Shown piece by piece: positions 1-9,554 of a stretch of DNA of 64,000 bases. Source of the stretch: Bacteroidota bacterium (GTDB lineage Bacteria; Bacteroidota; Ignavibacteria; UBA10030; UBA6906); the NCBI GenBank assembly GCA_030835135.1, contig JAUQWO010000079.1:39396-103395 (forward strand). The letters run 5' to 3'. Position 1 is the first letter of the stretch. Each line of letters begins with the position of its first letter. Position numbers and translations under genes: made by a program. Under the pieces are notes generated by a model. It worked only from the letters and a program-made list of their open reading frames with translations. It did not search any database and was not told where the DNA came from.

Positions 1-944
1 CGTGCGCCCAGCCATGCCCAGGCACTCCAGACATCGGCGGCATACTTTTCCGGACCAACGATCCCCATATCGCCCACCGACTGAATTGTTTCACCCGGAA
101 ATGCTGCATGAAACGCCCACGGGAATCCTGCGGGATCGGCGCTCGTGACGAATCCGACGCCGCGTTGTGCGTACATGCCGCTGGACCTGCCCGCTGATTC
201 ATTCAGGCGGTAGTAGCAGAAGTATTCCGCGTGGATGTTCGCGCAGACGCCTTCGATCACGTGCCCCGTCCGTTCGGGGATCCCGTCGGCGTTCAAATCG
301 ACGACACCCGTGTTGGTGAGGGTCAGGTCGATGATGATGAAGTCGTTGAAGTTGTTCCAGTTGAGCGTGTACTGGTGGACCTTCACCGCGACGTCCAGAC
401 CGACGGTCGTTGGATGTGCTGCTTCATACACCGCATGATGCCGCAATTGGGGATCCACCCATGATGTCTTGCGCGCGTGATCCCTCGCCGGGTCTCCGGC
501 TCCGGGGATGGATCGTCCCATACTCCTGTTCGGATATGCGGCATGAGCATAGTGCTCGGCGCCGGCGACATACGATGGATTTGCTATGCCATTGATGAGC
601 GGCGGGTTGAATGACGAGTCGGGATCCCAGACCGTGACCTCGATCGCTTTGTTCCAGAAGGCGCCGTACGGCCACCCCCCGGGCCACATGTGCGTCGGGG
701 TTGACCACTGCCGGTCGAAGTTCCCGATCCTGATCTGCCGGATGATGTCCGATCGCGTTTCCACATAGGAAGGGCCGCAGTTGAGCGGCAGGATCGAGTC
801 CCAGAGCTCTCCGGCGATCATGATGCCGGCCTCATGGTCTGCACCCGAGGACACCGGGCCCGGGTCTTGGGCGAATGCGTGTGCGGCGACGACCTGAAGA
901 AGGAGAAGGGTACAGATCTGCCTGAGGGCCGATGATGTGTGCAT
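1..944 (-). CDS. Secreted protein, partial (runs off the left edge); probably the same family as the TBDR-associated surface protein at 39830..43681
   Basis: Not in the ORF track because there is no stop in the window. Hand translation from the ATG at 944 (AGGAG RBS upstream) is open for 314 codons: MHTSSALRQICTLLLLQVVAAHAFAQD (signal peptide) ... GLDVAVKVHQYTLNWNNFNDFIIIDLTLTNTG ... DLNADGIPE. Confidence 0.8.
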   Translation of the reverse strand, partial: MHTSSALRQICTLLLLQVVAAHAFAQDPGPVSSGADHEAGIMIAGELWDSILPLNCGPSYVETRSDIIRQIRIGNFDRQWSTPTHMWPGGWPYGAFWNKAIEVTVWDPDSSFNPPLINGIANPSYVAGAEHYAHAAYPNRSMGRSIPGAGDPARDHARKTSWVDPQLRHHAVYEAAHPTTVGLDVAVKVHQYTLNWNNFNDFIIIDLTLTNTGVVDLNADGIPERTGHVIEGVCANIHAEYFCYYRLNESAGRSSGMYAQRGVGFVTSADPAGFPWAFHAAFPGETIQSVGDMGIVGPEKYAADVWSAWAWLGA

Positions 945-1042
945 AGCGATACTCCTGAGCAACATCTGGCAGTGGGGGATGCCTGATCGCTCACAGGTAA
1001 TGTAGTCGATGGAGCAGCGAATGTCAATCCGGGCGATCGGCC

Positions 1043-1101
1043 CAACCAGCACCGGAGCAGCACCCAACCAGCACCGATCCAGCACCAAACAAGCACCGGA
1101 C
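1043..1101. repeat. Five phased direct repeats of (C/A)AGCACC with an exact 11-bp period
   Basis: Cores start at 1047, 1058, 1069, 1080 and 1091 with variable 4-nt spacers; the array lies in a divergent intergenic region. Confidence 0.8.
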
Positions 1102-1278
1102 CTGCGCATGCTGCAATCTTGCTTCTCGTGAGGCGGCGGCGTACATTGCACGGGTGCTCCACCGGGGACCACACGTTCATGTGGAGGGAGCGCTCGTGCA
1201 TCCGCGGAACGGCACACGAAGGGCCCCGATTGAGATCGCACTCCCTGATGATCGTTTCCTACATGAGCGAACCTCCGC

Positions 1279-2460
1279 ATGATGGACCACACGGTTCGGT
1301 ATCCGGCAGTACGACCCACACCACGCTCGCGCATCCTCACCCTCCTCGGCGGTGGTCAGCCTGACCGCGTTCCCTGGTTCGGCGATCTTGATTACTGGGC
1401 ATCGGCCCTCATCGGGCGGGGAGAACGGCCGGAGGGATTCAAAGAGTCCGCCGAGTACATCGACTGGCACCGCTCGCTCGGCGTCGGGTTCTATCTGCAG
1501 GGCTCCTTCCCATTCCGTCCGGTATACGACTTCGAAGAACGGCTCTGGCGCGATGGACATCGCCGCTACCGCGAACTCGTCACGCCCCGTGGCAACCTCC
1601 GGGAGTGCTGGGAATACCTCCCTGAGTCATTCGCAGAAGCACCCATCGAGCATCTTGTCAAGTCGGAGGACGACCTCCCGGCCCTCCGCTATGCGTACGC
1701 GCACACACACTGGGAACCGGACTATGCGTTCGGCCAACGGCGGCTGCATGATATCGGCGATCAGGGGATCCTGCTGTGCTACCTGCCGAAGAGTCCATTC
1801 ATGCACCTGGTTGCGCTGGAGGCGGGGATCGCCGCTGTGACCTACGCGGAAGCCGCGGATCCCGATGGCTTCGCCGAGACCCTCGCGGTGATGAAGGAGA
1901 GTTTTGACCGGGCCGCGCAGCTGGCCATCGACAGCCCGGCCGAGGTCCTGATGATCCCGGAGAACCTCTCCGCGGAAATGATCGGCCCACGGTTCTTCGA
2001 GAACTACATGCGTGCGTATCAGGAGGAATGGACCGGACGGATCGCTGCGACGGGGAAGCACTCGTTCATTCATATGGACGGGACGCTGAAGGGCCTCCTG
2101 CGTGAAGAGGCGTCGGTCGGCTTCACGGTGATCGAGGCCATGACGCCCGCGCCCGTCGGGGACATGCCGATCGAACAGTGGGCCCAACAGGTGGGGGGCT
2201 CCCGGTCGGTTCTCTGGGGGGGCATCCCCGGCGTGTACTTCACCGCGAAGGTGAGCGATGCGGAATTCGACCGGCACGTGGCCGAGGTCCTTGCCGTGAT
2301 GCGCTCGACACCACGGTATGTGCTCGGGGTCGCAGATCAGGTGCCCCCCGATGCATTGGAATCCCGCGTGCGGCGGGTCGAAGAACTGGTGGACCTGTTC
2401 GGGAAATACGAAACCACGCCGCCGATCTCCGACACATCCCTTACGAAGGACCTGCGATGA
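1279..2460 (+). CDS. Uroporphyrinogen decarboxylase (URO-D)/MtaA-CmuA superfamily protein
   Basis: N-terminal TPRSRILTLLGGGQPDRVP; MIGPRFFENY, FIHMDG, LWGGIP and YVLGVADQVP are typical of the URO-D-like barrel. Confidence 0.8.
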   Translation: MMDHTVRYPAVRPTPRSRILTLLGGGQPDRVPWFGDLDYWASALIGRGERPEGFKESAEYIDWHRSLGVGFYLQGSFPFRPVYDFEERLWRDGHRRYRELVTPRGNLRECWEYLPESFAEAPIEHLVKSEDDLPALRYAYAHTHWEPDYAFGQRRLHDIGDQGILLCYLPKSPFMHLVALEAGIAAVTYAEAADPDGFAETLAVMKESFDRAAQLAIDSPAEVLMIPENLSAEMIGPRFFENYMRAYQEEWTGRIAATGKHSFIHMDGTLKGLLREEASVGFTVIEAMTPAPVGDMPIEQWAQQVGGSRSVLWGGIPGVYFTAKVSDAEFDRHVAEVLAVMRSTPRYVLGVADQVPPDALESRVRRVEELVDLFGKYETTPPISDTSLTKDLR

Positions 2461-3572
2461 CATCGAAAGAACGCCTCATGTGTGCCGTGCACGGGGAGCG
2501 ACCGGACCGCCTCCCGGTCACCGTCCACCAGTGGCAGGGGTATCACCTGGATACCTATCTCGGCGGGATCACGCCGCTCCAGGCATTCCAGAGATTCGGC
2601 ATGGACGCGGCGGTGCAGTACTTCGAGGACATGGGACAGTTCTGGCTGGTGAATGCCGACTTCGCGAAGTTCTCGACGCCCGAGTGGCGTGATGAGGTGA
2701 CCGTGGTGAGTAACGATCCTGATGCAAGGGTGAACCATCACCGGATCGTCACGCCGGAGGGTGTCCTGACGTACAAGACCGCCGGCGACCGGAAGACGAC
2801 ATGGATCACGGAGTATCTCATCAAGCAGGATGAGGATATCGAACTCATCCGGAAGTACATGCCGGTCCCATCGCTCGATCTCACACCGTTAGCGCGCGTG
2901 TACGACGAGGTGGGGGACAGGGGGATCGTGCGCGGGTTTGTCTGGGGCGATCAGGCGGGATGCTGGCAGCATGCGGCCTGTCTCATGGACATCACTGACC
3001 TCATTTATAGGGCCATGGATACGCCGGATTGGGTGCATGCGCTCCTGCGGATCCTCCTGGAAAAGAAACTCCGCTTCGTCGAAGCGATGAAGGGCGCGAA
3101 GTTCGACCTCGTGGAAACAGGGGGTGGTGCAGCGTCCTCGACGGTGATCTCCCCGGAGCTGCACCGGACGTTCTGTCTCCCGTACGACCGTGCATTGCAT
3201 GATGCCCTGCACGCTCTGGGCTTCGCGGTCACCTACCATACATGCGGGGGGACACGCGGGATCGAAGAGCTCATCGTGCAGAACGGGACCGATGCATCGG
3301 AAACCCTCGCACCGCCGAGCATCGGCGGGAATCAGCAGCCCTGGGAGGTGAAGCAGAAGATCGGCGACCGTGTTGCGCTCATTGGCGGGATGGATCAGCA
3401 TTCCGTACTCACGAGCGGGAGCGTGCAGGAGATCCGGGCGCAGGTCCGCCTGCTCTTCGAAAAGGTCGGCCGGGGCGGCGGATACATCCTGTCCTGCGCC
3501 GATCACTTCTTCGATACTCCACCGGAACATCTGTCGGTGTATGCGGATGCCGCACGGGAGTGCACGTATTGA
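2457..3572 (+). CDS. URO-D/MtaA-CmuA superfamily protein
   Basis: True start at the ATGA overlap with the upstream stop (MTSKERLMCAVHGERPDRLPV); ISPELHRTFCLPY, YHTCG, LIGGMDQ, GGYILSCADH. Confidence 0.85.
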   Translation: MTSKERLMCAVHGERPDRLPVTVHQWQGYHLDTYLGGITPLQAFQRFGMDAAVQYFEDMGQFWLVNADFAKFSTPEWRDEVTVVSNDPDARVNHHRIVTPEGVLTYKTAGDRKTTWITEYLIKQDEDIELIRKYMPVPSLDLTPLARVYDEVGDRGIVRGFVWGDQAGCWQHAACLMDITDLIYRAMDTPDWVHALLRILLEKKLRFVEAMKGAKFDLVETGGGAASSTVISPELHRTFCLPYDRALHDALHALGFAVTYHTCGGTRGIEELIVQNGTDASETLAPPSIGGNQQPWEVKQKIGDRVALIGGMDQHSVLTSGSVQEIRAQVRLLFEKVGRGGGYILSCADHFFDTPPEHLSVYADAARECTY

Positions 3573-3614
3573 GATCCAGGCAGCACACAGCGGAAGCGCC
3601 GGTTGCCCTCAGGA

Positions 3615-6600
3615 TCATGGCACCAATAACCGGCGCGTGAAGTGCGCGGCGACGGGATTGTGGCGCGTACGTCCCGCAAGCTCGACCTGGCACACGACAT
3701 ATGAACCGCGTCCGTAATGCTTCTCGGCCGCGGCCAATCGGGATCGCCATGCCCCACCTCCCCAGACCCCGTTCCCATTCAGCAGGATCGGATCCCAACC
3801 GTCTGCAACAAATACCGTCGGGAGCAGCGGACGGAAATGGTCCACCGCGGGATCATACCACAACGTAAAATCCTCCGCCCCGAACCCCGCGACGAACCGG
3901 TGTCCGGTGGCGCGCGATACGAACTCCCGTGATCGCATCACGCACTCTTCGACCCGCACGGTGGAACCGCCGATCTCATACTGACCGGCGGGAAGTTCCA
4001 GGAATACCGCCCGCGCCCCGGCGGCCACTGCGCTGTCGACAGTAGCCCGGTTCGCTTCATATGCGGCAGGATCATCGATCAGCACCACAGACGGATTCTC
4101 CGCACGCTCGTTCACACCCATCTCCGCAAGCAAGCGTCGTGCCCTGCCATCGGCCGTGCCGATCACGCGCACCGCCGCGCCGTCCGGTGCCGGGAGGGGA
4201 GGAAACACCTCGAACTCGACCTTGGTGTCGTGGATGATGCTGTCGCCATCAGCCAGCGCGAGCCGGAGGACGAACCGGGTCCGCTCGTGCACGTCGGGCG
4301 CGTCATGGGCGAAGAAGCCCTGGAACGTTGCACGCGTCGGATCCACTGTAGCAGGCGATCGGCGTGCGTACACCACTCGCCCGTTCTGCTCGATCTGCCA
4401 CCGAAGCTCCACCCCCTCCGGCGACCGCGGCGTGTCGTTGCAGACCCAGAATTCGAACGACATCTCCTCACCGGCCGTGAATGTCCAGCGGTCCGTCCGG
4501 ATGTTCGCTGCCAGTGGTTCGAGAGCCTCACGGTATTCGAAGTACGCCGGTTTGGGCCGGCGTTCACAGTCCATGATCGTCTTCATCCAGCTCGATGGAA
4601 ATGCGTCGATGAACAAATGGACCGCGAACCCGGTCATGCGGTCATCCCGCCGGAAGCGCTCGGCAAAAAGCCTCGTGACCCGGGCCTGATGCCGTTGACT
4701 GACACGCACCCAGTCTTCCAGCGTCCGTTGCGTATCGAACCACATGTAATGAAAGTTACCGGTCTGTGCACCGGGAATGGCGTTGGGTGACCAGCCCGAT
4801 TCATCCGCCCCCGGAAGCCACGCCTTCGGGTAACGCCTCCGCATCAGATCGGCCGGATCGAGACCCTCCGCGCCGAACTCTCCGCACGCATACATCCAGT
4901 CGGGTTTCACCGGCACCCAGTACCCCCGGTGGAGCTTGCCGAGCTCGAGGCCGTGGCCGTTGTACCATCCGCAATACACGTGGTTGTCAGGCAGGGTCTC
5001 GCCCGGAGGGTCGTAGTCGCCTTCGACATGCTTGATGACGCGGTCCGGATTCAGGATCCGTACGGCCCGATCGGCAGCACCGAAGAACGCTTCGAGGTCG
5101 GGACGGGTCAGATGCCGGTGGGGTCTGCCGTTCGCATTGGGGAATGGTTCGTTGATGTAGCTGATCATGATATTGGAGGGATGGCCGCGAATGAGACGTT
5201 CCATCTCCTCCGCCTGGCGGACGCCCTCGGCAACTTTGTTGTACCGCATGCAGCCGAACAACGGGAGGTCGGTCTGCACCATCAATCCGAGACGATCGCA
5301 ATGGTCATACACCTCGGGTTGCACGGGGCGCTGCGTCAGACGCAGGTAATTCATATTGCAGATCTTCGCCAGGAGGATGTCGTCCACCAGTTGCTGCATA
5401 TCCTTCTTGAATACGTCCTGCTGTTCGAACCCCATGGTGTTGGCGCCTCGCAGTTTGACCTGCTGACCATTGAGGAACAGACGCCCGCGCGGGATCGAGT
5501 CGAGGTCCTGCCGGAACGACCGCATGCCGAATTGCCCCTTCGCCTGATCCACGACGCGTCCGGCATCATCGAGGAGTCTGACCTGGATCTGATAGAGCCA
5601 CGGTGCGTTCAGCTCCCACCTCCGGAACCGCGCGATGGCAAGGGGCACTTTGAGGAGGTTCATCCCCGGCCCCATCGTCAGGATCACATCCTGATCGTCG
5701 GTCGGTTTTTGGAGGTCTCCTATGCCGGGAATGATCCGGGTACCCGGAACGTACCGGAGACGGCTGATCACGGTGTCGTTGAAATTCTGTCCGTAGATCG
5801 AGATCTCCAGCGAGGCCGGCTTGTTCCTGCGGTCCGCATTCCATACTTCCACCCAGGCTTCCGCGCGTCTCTCATCGGGCAGCGGGCGCACCCAGAGATC
5901 GGCCAGGTGCATGGGCGCCCGCGCTTCGATGTACACGTCCTGATAGATGCCGAAGCCGGGCGGACAATGGTGCCAACCGAACGCCGGATCGTCCCACCCG
6001 AGGTTTGTCGCGGCGTACATTTTGTCGCCTTCTTCCGCCTGCCCCCACGAATCATTGCCCATGTAGATTGCATCATTCTCGACCTTCACAAGCAGCGTGT
6101 TGGTGCCTTCATGCACGTAGGGCGTGCAGTCGAATGCGAAGCTGCCGAAGAATCCTTCATGCGAACCGAGGTAGTGTCCATTGACGAACACGTGCGCTTC
6201 GTAGTCCACCGCTCCAAATCTGACGAATACCGCGCCCCTGCCGAGCATGGTCCGCGTCACCGGGAACGAGGTCCTGTAGTACGCGACCGCACGCCCGATC
6301 GGTCCGCCAAAATGGGGAACGCTGACGGTCGTCCAGGTGCCGGCACCCCGTACCGTGTGTTGGAAGTCGGCCCGGTCGGCATCGGTTTCCAGCCGCCACT
6401 GAAATGTCTCGAGCCGCCGGCTTTCGCGGAGTGAAGGGAGTGCGGGAGCGAGGTCTTTCAGGAACGGCGCGTAGATGCCACGTTGCCGGACGAGTTCCGC
6501 GTACAGCTCATCCGGTGTGTCGATCGCTTGCCGGGGTGTGAAGACCGCGTGCGGATCGGACTCTCCGTTCGGGAGGATCGTTCGGGGGAGTGCTGGCGGG

Positions 6601-6821
6601 CGCACTTCTTCAAGCGCGCCTCGCTGCGGCCCGAAGCCGCGTGCGCCGATGGCTGCGAAGACGTCGCCGGCCACCGTATGCGTGTCTTTGGCTCCCGGGC
6701 CGGGTTGCGTCTGCCGGCTCGGACCCGTTTGCGACCACCCGAAGGGACCATCTGCGTGAAGACCGAGGAAGAGGGTCGCGATCAGGAATCCACGGGTGCA
6801 CTCAGCGAATCGTTTCTGCAT
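3615..6821 (-). CDS. Glycoside hydrolase family 2 (secreted, 1068 aa)
   Basis: Signal-like N-terminus; FGAVDYEAHVFVNGHYLGSHEG (GH2_N), GIYQDVYI, PWLYQIQV, FGMRSF, YDHCDRLGLMV, HPSNIMISYINEP (acid/base), GEFG (nucleophile). Confidence 0.88.
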   Translation of the reverse strand: MQKRFAECTRGFLIATLFLGLHADGPFGWSQTGPSRQTQPGPGAKDTHTVAGDVFAAIGARGFGPQRGALEEVRPPALPRTILPNGESDPHAVFTPRQAIDTPDELYAELVRQRGIYAPFLKDLAPALPSLRESRRLETFQWRLETDADRADFQHTVRGAGTWTTVSVPHFGGPIGRAVAYYRTSFPVTRTMLGRGAVFVRFGAVDYEAHVFVNGHYLGSHEGFFGSFAFDCTPYVHEGTNTLLVKVENDAIYMGNDSWGQAEEGDKMYAATNLGWDDPAFGWHHCPPGFGIYQDVYIEARAPMHLADLWVRPLPDERRAEAWVEVWNADRRNKPASLEISIYGQNFNDTVISRLRYVPGTRIIPGIGDLQKPTDDQDVILTMGPGMNLLKVPLAIARFRRWELNAPWLYQIQVRLLDDAGRVVDQAKGQFGMRSFRQDLDSIPRGRLFLNGQQVKLRGANTMGFEQQDVFKKDMQQLVDDILLAKICNMNYLRLTQRPVQPEVYDHCDRLGLMVQTDLPLFGCMRYNKVAEGVRQAEEMERLIRGHPSNIMISYINEPFPNANGRPHRHLTRPDLEAFFGAADRAVRILNPDRVIKHVEGDYDPPGETLPDNHVYCGWYNGHGLELGKLHRGYWVPVKPDWMYACGEFGAEGLDPADLMRRRYPKAWLPGADESGWSPNAIPGAQTGNFHYMWFDTQRTLEDWVRVSQRHQARVTRLFAERFRRDDRMTGFAVHLFIDAFPSSWMKTIMDCERRPKPAYFEYREALEPLAANIRTDRWTFTAGEEMSFEFWVCNDTPRSPEGVELRWQIEQNGRVVYARRSPATVDPTRATFQGFFAHDAPDVHERTRFVLRLALADGDSIIHDTKVEFEVFPPLPAPDGAAVRVIGTADGRARRLLAEMGVNERAENPSVVLIDDPAAYEANRATVDSAVAAGARAVFLELPAGQYEIGGSTVRVEECVMRSREFVSRATGHRFVAGFGAEDFTLWYDPAVDHFRPLLPTVFVADGWDPILLNGNGVWGGGAWRSRLAAAEKHYGRGSYVVCQVELAGRTRHNPVAAHFTRRLLVP

Positions 6822-6975
6822 GTCGACGAAGAACCTCCTGGCTCTGCATGCTGTCGGTCGCAGCTCTCGTTGGCTACCGTCACTCTTCCTTGCCGCACCG
6901 AGATCACAGCCCTGCTCGTCATCGCATCGTTCTCCGGGCGGCCGGACGCGGACACATCATTCAAGGCGTCAGGTC

Positions 6976-7004
6976 AAGATACTACTACCATACCGGCGTG
7001 TCAA
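6976..7004 (-). promoter_or_regulatory. Sigma70-type promoter for the GH2 gene
   Basis: TTGACA-17 nt-TATCTT on the minus strand, about 155 nt upstream of the GH2 start. Confidence 0.6.
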
Positions 7005-7122
7005 ATGCCGGATGATCTCCTGCCGACCCGCTGAACGACCGACCCCCTGTCGGCCCCCCGATCGCGCTGCCGGTTGGCGGAGGGCGCCGCTGTTCCATAC
7101 GTGGTGTCTCTTCGCGAATGGC

Positions 7123-7151
7123 TTGCATTTCCAAACATCGCAGCGTATACT
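7123..7151 (+). promoter_or_regulatory. Sigma70-type promoter for the 7300-12097 operon
   Basis: TTGCAT-17 nt-TATACT. Confidence 0.55.
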
Positions 7152-7299
7152 CGTAACGTACCTGCCTGTCTGATACACGTGCCCTGTTCTCCCGACCGCC
7201 AACCGGTCCATCCTCAATACTTCCAGCGATCAAGGGGAATGCCTTTCGTCGTGCGTCGAACCCCTGCGATCGCTGCAGCGATCGAAAAGGATCCCGTGC

Positions 7300-9552
7300 A
7301 TGAGCCGATTTCTTTCCGTCCTGACGAAACGACGCGATGCCATCTCGTTCGTCGTCCTGTGCCTCACCGTCCTTCTATCTTCCGGATGCCAGCCAACCGG
7401 ACCAGCTTCCTACGAACTCCGCGCCCCCACCATGACCGTTGCATTCGATGCCTCCGGTGCGGTGCAACGGATCGTGATGCGGGGTCCTGATAGTGTGCGT
7501 GCCGTCCGGGCATTCACGCGCCTCAGGGAGTGCGACCCGGAGGGGACGCCGAAGATCACATCGTCCGATTCATTGTTTGTCGTCACGCAAACGTGGAGGT
7601 CACGATCAGGCGGCCACTCAGCTCTCGTTGTCGACAGGTTCCGCAGTGGCGGGGGGAGTGTTCGTTGGGAGGTGGAGGTGATGGGCGCGGGAGGTCCGTG
7701 GACCACGCCGATAGAGACACACTGTATCTATCCCGACAGCGTGTCAGCGAAATTCTGGACTGCGTGGGGGGATCCGCGATTGGGAGATATCCGTGCCCGG
7801 TCGCAGGACCATCAGAGCGCCATCGGTATTCTGCCTTCGGATGTCAGCGGCAATTGGAGCGACCCGCTGCTCCCCATTCCATTCGTGAATGACACCATCT
7901 GGTATGGTGCGCCGCCCTACACGTTCGAGACCCCGCGGATCGGGTTCATTCCCTTTCAGGGGAACCTTTTCGGTATTCCGCTGGTCACCATCTCCGAGGA
8001 ACGCGGAGACCGGGGGCTGAGCATCGTCCAGTCGCCGGCCGATACGATGTTCGAGATGAACATACGGGTGCGCTCGTCGGGAGAGATGGTCATCAGCAGG
8101 GAGCAGCATCGTATCTCCGCCTCCGGCCCGGTTTGCTTTCACATGGATCTCATCGTCCATGAATCCGGCTGGAGGGGCGGCCTCCGGTGGATGGCAGGGG
8201 CCTACCCGGAGTATTTCGATCCGAACATCCCGCTGGCCCATGAGATCGCGGGCACCGGCGCCTATTCGTCCCTTGAAAAGCCCTTTGATGCACGGAAGAT
8301 GCGTGCGATGGCGTTCGGGGTGAACTGGAAGGCGAGCTTCGACTTCCCCTACATGGGCATGTTCATTCCACCGGTACTCAGTGACACCGCCCGGTGGACC
8401 CGTTATGGCGGCGGGACAACGTCCATCGAGGGCATGCGCCGGTACAGTGCGGACATGCGACGGCAGGGGTTCCATGTGCTCAGCTATTTCAACATCACGG
8501 AGTTTGGAGCGGAGGTGACCGACCCCGCGCCACCCCGGAAAGCAACACATGACGAAGATCTCTGGAAGAACGCTGACGACTTTCTTTACTCAAGACTAGC
8601 CGACGCGATCCTGCCACTGCCGGCAGGAGTGACGCAGGAGATGCTTCCGGCCTATCCGCGGTCGCGGATCGGAGGACCATACTACACCTGGGGGAATGGC
8701 ATCATCATGGACCCGGGAGAACCGGTGTATCAATCGTTCCTTCTTGACCAGGGCGCGAAGCACATCGCCTCGATCCCTGATGCAGAAGGCATCTGCATCG
8801 ACAGGATGGATTGGCTCAGGATGTACAATGACCGTCGTGACGACGGTCTGAGCTGGTTCGGCGACCGGGCGGTGCGTTCGATGCTCGTTTCCTGGAAGAG
8901 CATGCTGGACACGCTCGGACCGATGATGCATGCGGCAGGGAAGGTGATCTTCGTCAACAACCACGACAAGCGCATCGATGTCCTCCGGCAGACCGATGGC
9001 TTCTTCGACGAGTTCACCTATGGCGGGTCGCCACTGAACCTGACCGCGTTGATGGGGATCCGGCGGCCTGCTCTCGGTTGGACCTCCGAAGAGAAGAATC
9101 TCCGGCCGGACCCGGACGCGTTCTTCCAGCGCTATCTGCACCTCGGCGTGTTCCCGATGGCCCCATTCCCGGCGAACGACCATTCACTGCAGCCAGGCCC
9201 ATGGGTGGACCGGCAGTATCTGGCCTACGGTCCGCTGCTCGCGCAATTGAAGGGAAAGAAGTGGGTCCTCGAACCTCATTGCATCGAAGTGGAGAACCGT
9301 GAGGCGAAGATCAACCTGTTTGAGGTACCTGATGGATGGGTCATTCCCGTGACCTTCGGGCCGCCTCGTGGGAACGTGACGGTCGTCCTCCGGAATGTGT
9401 CCGGTATCAGGGGTGGCCTGAAAGCGTTCGCGGTCTACCCGGGAGGCGGTGCGCATGCCCCGGTCGTCCTGGTTCCGGCCGGTGATGCTGTCCGCATGAC
9501 AGTCGGCACCCGTCGTGGTTGCGCTCTGGTCAAGATCGCACGGGAGCTGTGA
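7300..9552 (+). CDS. Lipoprotein, putative unclassified glycoside hydrolase
   Basis: Lipobox-like LLSSGC; beta-rich N-terminal part, then barrel-like motifs GFHVLSYFN, MDPGEPVYQSFL, EGICIDRMDW; tightly linked to the sugar porter. Confidence 0.6.
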   Translation: MSRFLSVLTKRRDAISFVVLCLTVLLSSGCQPTGPASYELRAPTMTVAFDASGAVQRIVMRGPDSVRAVRAFTRLRECDPEGTPKITSSDSLFVVTQTWRSRSGGHSALVVDRFRSGGGSVRWEVEVMGAGGPWTTPIETHCIYPDSVSAKFWTAWGDPRLGDIRARSQDHQSAIGILPSDVSGNWSDPLLPIPFVNDTIWYGAPPYTFETPRIGFIPFQGNLFGIPLVTISEERGDRGLSIVQSPADTMFEMNIRVRSSGEMVISREQHRISASGPVCFHMDLIVHESGWRGGLRWMAGAYPEYFDPNIPLAHEIAGTGAYSSLEKPFDARKMRAMAFGVNWKASFDFPYMGMFIPPVLSDTARWTRYGGGTTSIEGMRRYSADMRRQGFHVLSYFNITEFGAEVTDPAPPRKATHDEDLWKNADDFLYSRLADAILPLPAGVTQEMLPAYPRSRIGGPYYTWGNGIIMDPGEPVYQSFLLDQGAKHIASIPDAEGICIDRMDWLRMYNDRRDDGLSWFGDRAVRSMLVSWKSMLDTLGPMMHAAGKVIFVNNHDKRIDVLRQTDGFFDEFTYGGSPLNLTALMGIRRPALGWTSEEKNLRPDPDAFFQRYLHLGVFPMAPFPANDHSLQPGPWVDRQYLAYGPLLAQLKGKKWVLEPHCIEVENREAKINLFEVPDGWVIPVTFGPPRGNVTVVLRNVSGIRGGLKAFAVYPGGGAHAPVVLVPAGDAVRMTVGTRRGCALVKIAREL

Positions 9553-9554
9553 CC

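Noticed and set aside
1043-1101. Repeat array as CRISPR
   Set aside because: 7-nt repeats with 4-nt spacers are far too short, and there are no cas genes
2178-2456. Long N-terminal extensions in the ORF track (also those starting at 13701, 15469, 23941, 26567, 32218, 34715, 53850 and 54545)
   Set aside because: They overlap neighbouring genes or promoters; downstream starts with an RBS or signal peptide fit better
1279-3572. Calling the URO-D-like genes hemE
   Set aside because: They lack the HemE RQAGR motif and have no tetrapyrrole context
4929-6434. 501-aa plus-strand ORF
   Set aside because: Antisense shadow of GH2
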